Source of the DNA: an uncultured Rhodopirellula sp.
GTDB lineage: Bacteria; Planctomycetota; Planctomycetia; Pirellulales; Pirellulaceae
Length of the DNA stretch: 64,000 bases
Assembly: GCA_964007735.1 (NCBI GenBank)
Contig: CAXGAI010000021.1
Span: 1 to 64,000, forward strand
Direction of reading: 5' to 3'
A program made the translations under genes and the position numbers. Every line of letters starts with the position of its first letter. The stretch's first letter is position 1. A model generated the notes under the pieces. That model was not told the DNA's origin. It saw only the letters and a program-made list of their open reading frames with translations, and did not search any database. Below are positions 10,718 to 20,607 of the stretch, in pieces.

Positions 10718-11581
10718 TCAATTTTCCAACGTTAGCAGGTAGAGGTCATGACTTCCCTCTCGTTCTGCAACGCAAACTAAATGTTTACCATCGGGATGCC
10801 AGGTTGGATAGTCATCTCGTTCCTCATGATGGGTAACCCGACGTACATTTGTACCGTCTGCGTTACAGAGGTAGATCTCGGCATTGCCATCCCGGTGACT
10901 AACAAAGGCAATTTGTTTACCGTCGGGCGAATACTGGCCACGAAGATCCTGATACGGACTGTCGGTAAGTCTCTTTATATCCGAACCATCGGGCTTCATT
11001 TCATAAAGTTCATAATTCCCGTCACGCGTCGACGTAAACAAAACTTTCGTACCGTCGGGACTGTAGCTAGGCCAAACATTAATCCCCTTCGCTCCAGTCA
11101 ATGCCGTCCGCCCTCCACCTTTCATATCGACTCGAAAAATGTCCTGACCGAAATTATTCGCAAAAGAAAAAAGCACCTGTGAACTATCCGGCGCGATCGC
11201 TGGGGTACGATATCCCGAGAACCCCGGTTCCGGTGCAATCACGACTTCTTCCCTGGACTTACGATGACGAATCACCAGGCTCACCTGTAGCCCGCCGGTG
11301 GCTCGCAAAAATGAAAAATAAGTCCCATCCGCCGAGTAGGCCGGGTCGAATTCCGGAGCTGGCGCAGCCTCGTGAATTACTTTTGCTTTCCGGGTTTCCC
11401 AGTCGATGGACTTAAGTCGAAAAACTTTTGGATTTTCAAAATCCACATACGTTAGTGAGAGAGCACCGTCAACAAAAACCGGGGTGAATTTCATTCGTCC
11501 ATCGTGGGTGAGTTGAACCGGCTCGGCTGCCTGCAGTGTTATGCACCACAGCCCCAACATCAGAGATCTAAAGCAATTCAT
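10718..11581 (-). CDS. TolB-like PD40 beta-propeller protein
   Basis: Repeats PSYSPDG, YSPDGKQIAFVSHRDGNAEIY, PTWHPDG; true start probably ATG 11581, overlapping the DUF1501 stop by 14 nt. Confidence 0.8.
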   Translation of the reverse strand: MNCFRSLMLGLWCITLQAAEPVQLTHDGRMKFTPVFVDGALSLTYVDFENPKVFRLKSIDWETRKAKVIHEAAPAPEFDPAYSADGTYFSFLRATGGLQVSLVIRHRKSREEVVIAPEPGFSGYRTPAIAPDSSQVLFSFANNFGQDIFRVDMKGGGRTALTGAKGINVWPSYSPDGTKVLFTSTRDGNYELYEMKPDGSDIKRLTDSPYQDLRGQYSPDGKQIAFVSHRDGNAEIYLCNADGTNVRRVTHHEERDDYPTWHPDGKHLVCVAEREGSHDLYLLTLEN

Positions 11582-12914
11582 CAATGACCCGGCCTCCGTC
11601 CAACACTCGCATTTCGGCACGTGCCTGAGAATCGACACCTGCCAACTCAGCAATCGTTGTCCCCACCATAAGCGGTGTAATGGGACGTGTGATTGGGTGT
11701 TCACCATTCTTGTCACTCTCACCAATGACCCGGCCCGTCTGTAAGCCGGCCCCGGCCCACATGGAAAAATAGCATTGCGGCCAGTGATCACGAGCCGCAC
11801 GAACGTTAATTCTCGGCGTCCTACCAAACTCTCCCATGCAAACAATCAAGGTGTCATCAATTAAACCGCGATCATATATGTCATCGAGAAATGCTGAAAA
11901 CGCCCGATCAAAAATTGGACAATGCTGATCCTGCAGTAAGGAGAAGTTATACAGGTGCGTATCCCAGCCAAATTCATATCCTGGTGTGATCGCTTCCACA
12001 TGCCGACTGTAATTGAGCTGAATATAGGGTACTTCCGCTTCGACCAGGCGACGAGCCAATAGGGCACTCTGCCCAAAAACACTCTGCCCATATTGTTGAC
12101 GGGTCTTTACGGATTCCTGAGTCAGATCAAATGCCTGACGAGCGGTTGGATCCGTGATAAGACCATAGGCTTGCTGATAAGTCCTGTTCCAATCGCGAAA
12201 CTTTGATTTTTCCAGTGTCCGCGGGACAGAGTCCAGTTGCTGCAACAGCAGTCGGCGGTCAGTGATTCTAAGAGGATTCACGTCGTCCATCAACGCCAGA
12301 GCTGGAATATTGACTTCACCGGTTTCAGAAGCTCCAACCATGAATGGATCGTAAACCGCACCCATTTCACCGCCACCATACGCTTCGATACGACGCCCAC
12401 CATCCATGACCACCCCATTCGCAATCGAAAAGAAGGGAGGGAGTTTTCCGCGAAAGCCGCGATGCCTCGCAATAATAGAACCAAAGTTTGGCTTCACTGG
12501 CTTGGGATTTTCTTCAAAACCGGACAAAGCCACCGTGCCCCCATCCGGATGTCCCGGCGCACTTTGGATGTGAGAACGAATCAACGTGTATTTATCGCTG
12601 CGTTGCGCCAGTCGGGGCAGCAATTCCGTAAAGTGGACACCGGGAGTTCTTGTCGGAATGACTCCGAAGGGCCCACGAAATTCCGAGTTGGCATCCGGCT
12701 TGGGATCACACGTATCTAAATGACTCGGAGCCCCCCATAAAAACACAAAGACAACTGATTTCGCTTTGGCTATCGCATGATCCACTTCATCTGCCGTAGC
12801 CATACCCAGCCCGGACATACCAAGCCCAAACGGAATAGCCCCTGACATCTGTAGAAAGCTACGACGCCCCATCCCGCTACAGGTTTTCGTTTTGAAGGAA
12901 CCAATATTTAGCAT
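11568..12914 (-). CDS. DUF1501 family protein
   Basis: GRRSFLQ twin-Arg; LWGAPSHLDTCDPKP, GWDTH, GEFGRTP, ARDHW. Confidence 0.9.
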   Translation of the reverse strand: MLNIGSFKTKTCSGMGRRSFLQMSGAIPFGLGMSGLGMATADEVDHAIAKAKSVVFVFLWGAPSHLDTCDPKPDANSEFRGPFGVIPTRTPGVHFTELLPRLAQRSDKYTLIRSHIQSAPGHPDGGTVALSGFEENPKPVKPNFGSIIARHRGFRGKLPPFFSIANGVVMDGGRRIEAYGGGEMGAVYDPFMVGASETGEVNIPALALMDDVNPLRITDRRLLLQQLDSVPRTLEKSKFRDWNRTYQQAYGLITDPTARQAFDLTQESVKTRQQYGQSVFGQSALLARRLVEAEVPYIQLNYSRHVEAITPGYEFGWDTHLYNFSLLQDQHCPIFDRAFSAFLDDIYDRGLIDDTLIVCMGEFGRTPRINVRAARDHWPQCYFSMWAGAGLQTGRVIGESDKNGEHPITRPITPLMVGTTIAELAGVDSQARAEMRVLDGGRVIDELL

Positions 12915-12941
12915 GCGCTGAGTACCGGAAAAGGACTGACG

Positions 12942-13490
12942 TTAATTTGTAAGCCGTATGATTTGAGGGATCTCTTCGCCCGCTTTGTAGAATTTCATTG
13001 AGATGCTATTCACACAGTGACGGGTGTTCTTTTCGGTGAAGCCCTCACCCAGGAAAACGTGTCCGAGATGGGCACCACAGTTATTACAAACAATTTCTGT
13101 CCGCAGACCATCCGCATCGGGAACCCACTTTACGGCACCTTTGATTTCGTCATCAAAACTGGGCCATCCGCAATTGCTGTCAAATTTATCCTCGGACTTA
13201 TAGAGAGCCGCATTACAACGACGACACGTATAAATACCCTTCGCTTTATTGTTTGTTAGTTCCCCGGTATAAGGCCGTTCCGTCCCTTTACGTACTAAGA
13301 CATATTCTTCTTCCGGGCTCAGTTCATTGTATTGTTTCTTCGGTTCCAACTCACTCACGTCCTGCGTTTCTCCCACGGACACATCCGTATCATTTGGCGA
13401 TTCAATCTCGATATCAATTTCCACACGGGCATCGCAACCAATAAGAAGAGTAGAGCATACAAGTAGTATTAAGGCTAAATTTTTCCGCAT
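12942..13490 (-). CDS. msrB: Peptide-methionine (R)-S-oxide reductase MsrB with lipoprotein signal
   Basis: GTERPY, CRRC/CNNC zinc pairs, GWPSF, HLGHVF, RHCVNS; lipobox LIGC. Confidence 0.92.
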   Translation of the reverse strand: MRKNLALILLVCSTLLIGCDARVEIDIEIESPNDTDVSVGETQDVSELEPKKQYNELSPEEEYVLVRKGTERPYTGELTNNKAKGIYTCRRCNAALYKSEDKFDSNCGWPSFDDEIKGAVKWVPDADGLRTEIVCNNCGAHLGHVFLGEGFTEKNTRHCVNSISMKFYKAGEEIPQIIRLTN

Positions 13491-13601
13491 TGCCAGCTCA
13501 CATAAAAAGACACGAGAGGGAATTCAATCCTTCTATTCTAGAGAATTCAAAGAGTACACGTAAACAGAAGTGTTCTCATCTGAAGCTAAAACGAAGAAGC
13601 C

Positions 13602-14543
13602 TTAGTAGTCCTTACCGTCCCACTGAGTCCACCAGGCTTTGAATTGTGCGTATTGCTGCTCGACAAAATGGCGTTGACTTGCACTTAGCTCATCCGTCTC
13701 ATTGAAGTGCAGCGTGTATTCTGTATCCCCGTTAAGTACCAGCAAATATTTGTAGAACAGGACCAGATCCGGGCCTTCGTCATAGGTCGACAGAACAATC
13801 AGGGCCTCATCCAGTTCTTTGGCATAACGACGTGCCTGAGCCTCTCCTGTAACCGCGCGTTTACATAATTCGATCAATTTAAGGACTTCGGCAGGAATCG
13901 CATTACCGATACCAGTAATCGCTCCAACAGCACCACAGTTAACGTAGCCGTGGAATACCTGAGTATCGACTCCAACCATCAAACGCAATGACTCCTCAGC
14001 GCCGGTAATATGTTCGGCGGCATAACTCAACGCTTCTGCGCCACCAAATTCCTTAAAACCGACCAGGTTGGGGAATTCGCTACGCAGTTCAAAGAACAGT
14101 TCGGCACGGGTCTGGAAACCGTAGTAAGGGCTGTTATAGATCACAGCCGGAGTGTGAGGCGCAGCCCCAAGAATACCAGCAAAGTGATGGCGTTGTGCAA
14201 TCGTTGATGTCCCTCGAGATAAGACACGCGGAATAACCATCAGACCTTTTGCGCCAACAGATTCAGCGTGGGCAGCATGAGCGGCTGCTAATTGTGGATT
14301 CTGAGCTCCTGTACCAACCACCACTGGAACACCAGCTTCACAAAGCCGCGCGACACCTTCCATTCGCTGCTCATCTGTCAGCAGTGGCCAATCCCCCATA
14401 CTGCCGCAGTAAATTACACCACTCATACCGGCATCCACCAACTCAAGTGCTTTCTTTACTAATGCCTCAAAATCAGGAGTGCGATCTTCCTTGCAAGGAG
14501 TCATGATCGCTGGCAGGCAGCCATTAAAAATTGCTGTATCCAT
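13602..14543 (-). CDS. DHDPS/NAL-family protein, probable 1-pyrroline-4-hydroxy-2-carboxylate deaminase (hydroxyproline catabolism)
   Basis: YCGSMGDWP in place of GTTGE, IPRVLSRG, IYNSPYY, Schiff-base Lys in GFKEFGG, DEGPDLVLFYK; resembles the Pseudomonas LhpC-type subfamily as I recall it. Confidence 0.75.
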   Translation of the reverse strand: MDTAIFNGCLPAIMTPCKEDRTPDFEALVKKALELVDAGMSGVIYCGSMGDWPLLTDEQRMEGVARLCEAGVPVVVGTGAQNPQLAAAHAAHAESVGAKGLMVIPRVLSRGTSTIAQRHHFAGILGAAPHTPAVIYNSPYYGFQTRAELFFELRSEFPNLVGFKEFGGAEALSYAAEHITGAEESLRLMVGVDTQVFHGYVNCGAVGAITGIGNAIPAEVLKLIELCKRAVTGEAQARRYAKELDEALIVLSTYDEGPDLVLFYKYLLVLNGDTEYTLHFNETDELSASQRHFVEQQYAQFKAWWTQWDGKDY

Positions 14544-14692
14544 CGTCTGTCAAAGCCCATTGATAAATTTTCGGGTGAACAATCAGCAACTTTTATCGTT
14601 GCTTCCTTTCCAATGTAAACTCCAATTTGAATGGAACCTATACCGGCAGGAGATTTGTTCCCAAAAGATTACGACGCAACTATAATCGCATT

Positions 14693-17647
14693 ATGCTGTC
14701 TCTCCTATCCTCTCTTTGCCGATTGCTACTTGCGTTCAGCGTGCTAGCATTTTTTCAAGCCGCTGCTCATGCGCAAACCCCACAAAACTTTACGATAGGC
14801 AACTGGAAGAAAACTTCTTCCAATACCAGCCAGTTTTTTATTATTCAGGGCAATCTAAATCGGCAAACCCCATTGCAAGCCCCTCTCGAACCAGCCATTT
14901 CCCAAAACAGTTTTTTCATTAGATACACGCTAAAGTACCCTGCTGAGCATATCGATCAGCCCCCGGAAAGTTCAGGAGAATTCTTCATCCTGTGGCTCGA
15001 CGATACGGAAGGCAATGAAACTTCCGGACATTCCAATCAAACCCCCAATATCGGTGTCCACGTCGATAAAAACCTGAAAAACAAATACATGATCCGATTT
15101 AGTTCGACTCGGCAAGCGTTTGCCAGTGAGCTTCGCGGAGACCAGTCCACACAACTTGTTGCACATATTTCGAAATCCAAACCAGGGATTGAAAACCCCT
15201 ACGATAAAATTGCTCTATGGATCAATCCTAAAGTCGTACAACGGGACAGGCCGGATACGCAACTGCAGGTTTCCAATGCACGCGTTTCCACTATTCGTTG
15301 GCTAGGCTTTTCGACCGGTGTCAAAACGGAAACAACCGACCGCATCACCGTCGGGGATATTCAAATTGCCCATAACTGGGAAGAGCTATTCGGTATTCGC
15401 ATGCAGACCAAGGTAACAGCCCCCAAACCACTAACCATGCCTAAACCAAGCATCTCCTTTGCAAAGGACGTGGTACCTATTCTGCAGCAACGATGCTTCC
15501 AGTGTCATCAGGGTGTAAACAAAACAGGATTTAGACTAGATGTCGCTGATGAAGTTCTTAACCAGACTACTCCATTCGCCGCTGGAACAAGTGAGCTCAT
15601 CCATCGCATTAACGCCTCCGATGAAACAAAAATGCCTCCTGAAGGCGAACGACTAAGTCCGGACGAGATAAAAACTCTGTCCGTCTGGATCGATGAAGGC
15701 ATGCGATGGGACGAAGTTCTTTTCCCAACCCCCAAACTCACGTCCGAACACTGGGCTTTCCAGCCGATTCAAACCCCTGTCATACCTGCCAAGCCAAAAC
15801 ATGGTCGAACGGCTATCGATGCCTTTCTGGCTAAACAACAGAAACAGTTAGGAGTGACTCCCAACGAGGTTGCTCCTATCGAAACACTGATTAGACGACT
15901 TCACCTTACCGTGACAGGGTTACCCCCTTCTCCTGAATTTCTTGAATTAGTTTTAAAAGTGGAGCCGGCTAATAGACAGGACTGGCTAGACCAGCAAGTT
16001 AAAACTCTGCTAGCCACTCGAGCCTATGGGGAACACTGGGGACGCTATTGGTTGGATATCGCAAGGTGGGCCGAATCGAACGGTCATCAACACAATCGCT
16101 TTCGTCCTGACGCCTGGCGTTATCGTGACTATGTCATTTCCAGCTTCGCCCAAAACAAGCCTTTCAACCTATTCTTAAAAGAGCAGATTGCGGGCGACGA
16201 AATCAGCACAGGCGATGACCATGTCATTGCCACAGGGTTTCTGTCTGCCGCACGTTATAGCGGTAACAATCTTGACAAACAGATTCAACGCAACGAGATC
16301 CTCGTGGATGTCACCAACACCACAGCTTCGGCATTTCTGGGACTTACGATGGAGTGCGCACAGTGCCATACCCATAAATTCGATCCGATATCAATCCGCG
16401 ACTACTATCGATTTCAGGCATTCTTTGCCGAAGGACAACCAGGCAGTGTTGTTTTAGAGGAAGGACGCGAAGCGGCACCGCAGCTAATCGCAGAATACTG
16501 GAATCTCTTTGACCAAACGAAGGGGCGTGTTTATCAGGAGCTCAAAAAGAAAGGAAGTCCGGAGCCAATCTATGTGGCTCCCGAAACAGTAAATCGTCGG
16601 ATCCCTAACAGTGATCGAGCTTTCTACAATCAATTGAAAAAACAACTCGACGCGCTACCTAAAGCCTGGGGATGGTATTCAACACAGTCGGATTATCTGT
16701 CCCTGCCAGTCGCTCCCCACTTAATGCGTTGGCCGCTCGAACGGGAGCGTACCGCGTTGTATCAGAGGCCAACCTATTTATTAATTCGAGGTGACATAAC
16801 AAATCGCGGACCGGAAGTGGAGCCGGGAGTTCCTTCCGTCTTTGCTCAAATCCCGGTGGATGACAAACCTCGCCTGACATTAGCAAACTGGATGACCTCG
16901 CCGGACAATCCTCTCACCGCACGTGTCTGGGTCAACCGCATCTGGCAAGGTCACTTCGGACGAGGGATTGTCGAATCCTCGAGTGACTTCGGGACACAAG
17001 GAACCACCCCAAGCAATCAGGATTTACTAGATTATCTGGCTAGTGAACTTCTTTCTCACGATTGGGATACTGCTCATATCCATTCGCTGATCCTTAATTC
17101 TCATGCCTATCGTCAGGCAGCCACGCAGCAAACTACTGCTTTGGAACGCGATCCGAACAATTCATCCTGGTGGGGATGGAATCCCTACCACCTCCATTCC
17201 GAAGCCGTGCATGATAGCATTTTACAGGTAAGCGGTAGCCTGACGAGTCTCCTCGGAGGGCCATCTCGTCAGCCCGACAATGTTACAAAAGTGCGAAGCA
17301 TTTATCTCGAATCCCGTCGAAATACCCCATCCTATCTGAATGAAGTCTTTGACGGTCCGACTACATCGCACAGTTGCTCACGCAGAAGTCAGTCCATTTC
17401 GCCGTTGCAATCTCTCTATCTACTCAATAGCAAGTTCACCCATCAAAATGCCGACAAGATTGCCGAGGTAATTGGGGCAAAGACCGATAAAATAGAAGAA
17501 CAAGCCGCAACAGCGGTCCTCTCAGTCCTGGGCCGTCACATTCGAGCTGATGAACAGCCCACTGTGGTGAAATTCCTACAAGAAACCAGTCTCAAGGATC
17601 TTTGTTTAGTCCTGTTGAACAGCAATGAGTTTATCCATGTCAATTAA
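14693..17647 (+). CDS. PSCyt1 + DUF1549 + DUF1553 protein with extra N-terminal domain
   Basis: Signal peptide from ATG 14693; CFQCH and CAQCHTHKFD hemes; HWAFQP, YGEHWGRYWLD, NPLTARVWVNRIW, NSNEF. Confidence 0.88.
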   Translation: MLSLLSSLCRLLLAFSVLAFFQAAAHAQTPQNFTIGNWKKTSSNTSQFFIIQGNLNRQTPLQAPLEPAISQNSFFIRYTLKYPAEHIDQPPESSGEFFILWLDDTEGNETSGHSNQTPNIGVHVDKNLKNKYMIRFSSTRQAFASELRGDQSTQLVAHISKSKPGIENPYDKIALWINPKVVQRDRPDTQLQVSNARVSTIRWLGFSTGVKTETTDRITVGDIQIAHNWEELFGIRMQTKVTAPKPLTMPKPSISFAKDVVPILQQRCFQCHQGVNKTGFRLDVADEVLNQTTPFAAGTSELIHRINASDETKMPPEGERLSPDEIKTLSVWIDEGMRWDEVLFPTPKLTSEHWAFQPIQTPVIPAKPKHGRTAIDAFLAKQQKQLGVTPNEVAPIETLIRRLHLTVTGLPPSPEFLELVLKVEPANRQDWLDQQVKTLLATRAYGEHWGRYWLDIARWAESNGHQHNRFRPDAWRYRDYVISSFAQNKPFNLFLKEQIAGDEISTGDDHVIATGFLSAARYSGNNLDKQIQRNEILVDVTNTTASAFLGLTMECAQCHTHKFDPISIRDYYRFQAFFAEGQPGSVVLEEGREAAPQLIAEYWNLFDQTKGRVYQELKKKGSPEPIYVAPETVNRRIPNSDRAFYNQLKKQLDALPKAWGWYSTQSDYLSLPVAPHLMRWPLERERTALYQRPTYLLIRGDITNRGPEVEPGVPSVFAQIPVDDKPRLTLANWMTSPDNPLTARVWVNRIWQGHFGRGIVESSSDFGTQGTTPSNQDLLDYLASELLSHDWDTAHIHSLILNSHAYRQAATQQTTALERDPNNSSWWGWNPYHLHSEAVHDSILQVSGSLTSLLGGPSRQPDNVTKVRSIYLESRRNTPSYLNEVFDGPTTSHSCSRRSQSISPLQSLYLLNSKFTHQNADKIAEVIGAKTDKIEEQAATAVLSVLGRHIRADEQPTVVKFLQETSLKDLCLVLLNSNEFIHVN

Positions 17648-19019
17648 TCCGCAGCGCAGAGCGTTTCTACGGCAGAGCGCCGTCAGCATGACTGGCCTGA
17701 CAAGCATCGCTCTCGCTTCGTCCCTGCAACCTACTCTGTTGCGGGGTAACGAAAGGAAGATAGCGCGTAGCGTCATCTTCCTGTATATGTCGGGAGGTCC
17801 AAGTCAGGTTGACACCTTTGACCCTAAGCCTGCACTGGCGACCTACTCCGGGCAGAATGTACCCGAATCAATCGCTCGTAATGTACCTCCTATCAAGCGA
17901 TCCGGACTGAACAACATCATGCCGTCACACTGGTCATTTCAACCACATGGTGAATCCGGAATCCCTGTTTCTGAATTACTTCCCCACACTGCCCAACATG
18001 CTGATGATCTTTGTGTCATCCGGAGTGTAAAACACCTCAATCCTGTCCATGGACCTGGCGAATGCGTCTGCCTGACAGGTGTGGCCGGCGGTGATCGTCC
18101 AAGTATCGGGGCCTGGACGACTTATGCTCTGGGGAATATTAACGAGAATTTACCAACATTTATGGCCATGAATATCCATAGCGATGGGATGCAATTTCCA
18201 CAGAGAGCCGGTTGGTCGACAGGATTCTTACCAGCCAAACATCAGGGAGTGGTTATCAATCCGGCAACAGGAATAAAATTTACTGATCTTCCCGAAGATA
18301 CACCTCAACAACGACGAATACAGCAATTACAGTTACTGGATTTTCTCAACGAAAAACATCGCAAAGACAAACTCAATGCAGATTTACTGCAAGCTCGGAT
18401 CAAGTCCTATGAAATGACCGCTAAAATGCAAGTCGCAGCCCCCGAACTTTTTGATTGGGAGACCAGGGAATCTGAAGCAACACGCATCCTCTACGGAATT
18501 GGGAAAGAGAATTCGCATGAAACGGGCGTTGCCTGCTTAATGGGACGACGCATGGTCGAACGTGGCGTACGATTTGTACAAATTCGTGTCGGTGGCTGGG
18601 ATGCGCATGGCAATATAAAATCAAATCATAGCCGGCAAGCTGCTCGCACAGACAAGCCGATCGCCGGGCTATTAAGAGATTTAAAACAACGCGGCCTGCT
18701 GACTTCCACACTCGTGGTTTGGGCTGGAGAATTCGGACGCACCCCCACCATGGAAGGGACGGCCAACGGTCGCGATCATTCCCCAAACGGTTATTCAATC
18801 TGGATGGCTGGTGGAGGTGTACAGGGGGGACAAATCATCGGACAAACGGATGATCTCGGCTACGTCGCCACAGAACGGCCCGTCTCGCCCTTTGATTATC
18901 ACGCCACCATACTGGCAGCGTTAGGAATCGATCCTGCGAAACTCAGCTACAATCATCTGGGACGCGAAGAGACACCGCTGTTTAACGACGGCGCTGTCAT
19001 CGAGGAAGTCCTGGCCTGA
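17637..19019 (+). CDS. DUF1501 family protein
   Basis: QRRAFLR twin-Arg; MSGGPSQVDTFDPKP, GWDAH, GEFGRTP, GRDH; overlaps upstream stop (alternative start 17625). Confidence 0.9.
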   Translation: MSINPQRRAFLRQSAVSMTGLTSIALASSLQPTLLRGNERKIARSVIFLYMSGGPSQVDTFDPKPALATYSGQNVPESIARNVPPIKRSGLNNIMPSHWSFQPHGESGIPVSELLPHTAQHADDLCVIRSVKHLNPVHGPGECVCLTGVAGGDRPSIGAWTTYALGNINENLPTFMAMNIHSDGMQFPQRAGWSTGFLPAKHQGVVINPATGIKFTDLPEDTPQQRRIQQLQLLDFLNEKHRKDKLNADLLQARIKSYEMTAKMQVAAPELFDWETRESEATRILYGIGKENSHETGVACLMGRRMVERGVRFVQIRVGGWDAHGNIKSNHSRQAARTDKPIAGLLRDLKQRGLLTSTLVVWAGEFGRTPTMEGTANGRDHSPNGYSIWMAGGGVQGGQIIGQTDDLGYVATERPVSPFDYHATILAALGIDPAKLSYNHLGREETPLFNDGAVIEEVLA

Positions 19020-19022
19020 TCG

Positions 19023-20540
19023 TCAGTCAGAACGACCGTCTTCACGCGTCTTGTTTAACTCAGCCAGAAGTTTCTCAACCACTTCGGGGTAATCCTCCCA
19101 AACGTTATTGGCTTCACTCGGATCTGCTTTCAAGTTGTACAGTTGGCCCGCCGGCTTTCCGGCTTCCGGTTTCACAACTCGTGGCGCAGAAAAACCTCCT
19201 GATCCAAGATTGCCTTCAATCAGCTTCCAGTCTCCAACTCGAACTGCGAAGGTACCATTCACCGAATGGTGAACAATCGAATCACGGTCACTTCCAACTT
19301 TTCGTCCAGCGAGTGCTCGAACAAAGCTAAAGCTATCTTCACCCATATTTTGACTCACTTTAGCGCCGGAAAGTTCCGCAGCCGTACTGAAAAGGTCGGT
19401 AAGACAGATCGTTTGATTAGATTCAGTACCCGCTTTGACTGCTGCCGGCCACCGCACAACAAACGGAACCCGATGACCACCTTCCCAAATGTCCGCCTTC
19501 TGGCCACGGTAATGCAGGTTTGCCCGATGACTGTACTTAGGAATATCTCCAGGAACCCAGTGTGATCCATTATCACTAGTCACGACTAACAAAGTATTGT
19601 CAACCTGCCCTATTTTCTCCAAAGCAGCCATTACCTGACCAACGACAGCGTCACACTGGTTAACAAAGTCGCCATAAAAACCAGCTTTTGCTTTTCCACG
19701 ATGCTCGTCTGTCGGCAACCAAGGTGTATGAGGCGCACTCAATGGGAAGTATAGAAAGAATGGCTTATCGCCATCCTGCTTCGTCAACCACTCGACCGCC
19801 TTCTCCGCGGTCGTTGGTAACACATCGATATGCTTGAAATCCGGACTCACTTTGCCGCCGCGCCAAAATCCACCACCGTTCTGACGGCGATGCGCTGACT
19901 TAGCTACGGTAGCGGTCGGCAGTTGTAACGGTCGATCGTTTTCAACATAAACATAAGGATCCATGTCCAACGAAGAGGGAATCCCGAAGAAATAATCAAA
20001 GCCAAAGTCATTCGGGCCCGGCGTTAACGGTTTGGAATAGTCCACCGCGTGAGGGTGGTCTTCCGGTAGAATCGTACTGGCAGCCGGAAAATCCTCGGCT
20101 TCAAGATCTGGTGTTTGGAAGCCTAAATGCCATTTGCCAACACAGGCGGTTTGATAACCCTGCTTCTGCAGCAAACTGGCTACCGTTTCGCGCCCCACGG
20201 TGATCAAACTCCTGCTATATCCCCAACAAACTCCATTTTTAAGCCGCGTGCGCCAGGCGTAACGTCCGGTGAGCACACCATATCGGGTGGGCGTGCACAC
20301 AGACGATGGAGAATGTGCGTCATTGAACCGCATGCCGGCTTTGGCAAGTGCATCCATGTTGGGAGTGGGGATCTTGCTGTCAGGATTGTAACACCCTAAA
20401 TCTCCACTCCCTAAATCATCTGCCATAATGAAGACAATATTAGGTTTTTCGACGGCATCCGCTCGGTCCGGCAATACAAACGAAGAGACTAAAGAAGTAA
20501 CAACAACTAGAATGGAGGACAAACTACAGTGAAATTTCAT
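19023..20540 (-). CDS. Arylsulfatase (formylglycine-dependent S1 sulfatase)
   Basis: Signal peptide, KPNIVFIMADDLG, CTPTR(YGVLTGR), GKWHLG, SDNG, EGGHRVP, LYNLKADPSE. Confidence 0.93.
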   Translation of the reverse strand: MKFHCSLSSILVVVTSLVSSFVLPDRADAVEKPNIVFIMADDLGSGDLGCYNPDSKIPTPNMDALAKAGMRFNDAHSPSSVCTPTRYGVLTGRYAWRTRLKNGVCWGYSRSLITVGRETVASLLQKQGYQTACVGKWHLGFQTPDLEAEDFPAASTILPEDHPHAVDYSKPLTPGPNDFGFDYFFGIPSSLDMDPYVYVENDRPLQLPTATVAKSAHRRQNGGGFWRGGKVSPDFKHIDVLPTTAEKAVEWLTKQDGDKPFFLYFPLSAPHTPWLPTDEHRGKAKAGFYGDFVNQCDAVVGQVMAALEKIGQVDNTLLVVTSDNGSHWVPGDIPKYSHRANLHYRGQKADIWEGGHRVPFVVRWPAAVKAGTESNQTICLTDLFSTAAELSGAKVSQNMGEDSFSFVRALAGRKVGSDRDSIVHHSVNGTFAVRVGDWKLIEGNLGSGGFSAPRVVKPEAGKPAGQLYNLKADPSEANNVWEDYPEVVEKLLAELNKTREDGRSD

Positions 20541-20607
20541 CGACAGAAGTTTCCCGAATTGAAATAGAATCTAAAGCACCACAGAATAATCAAACGAACC
20601 AACAAAC

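Noticed and set aside
11582..11845. Apparent 278-nt same-strand overlap of the TolB-like ORF with DUF1501
   Set aside because: Artefact of the longest-ORF start; the signal peptide begins at 11581 or 11560
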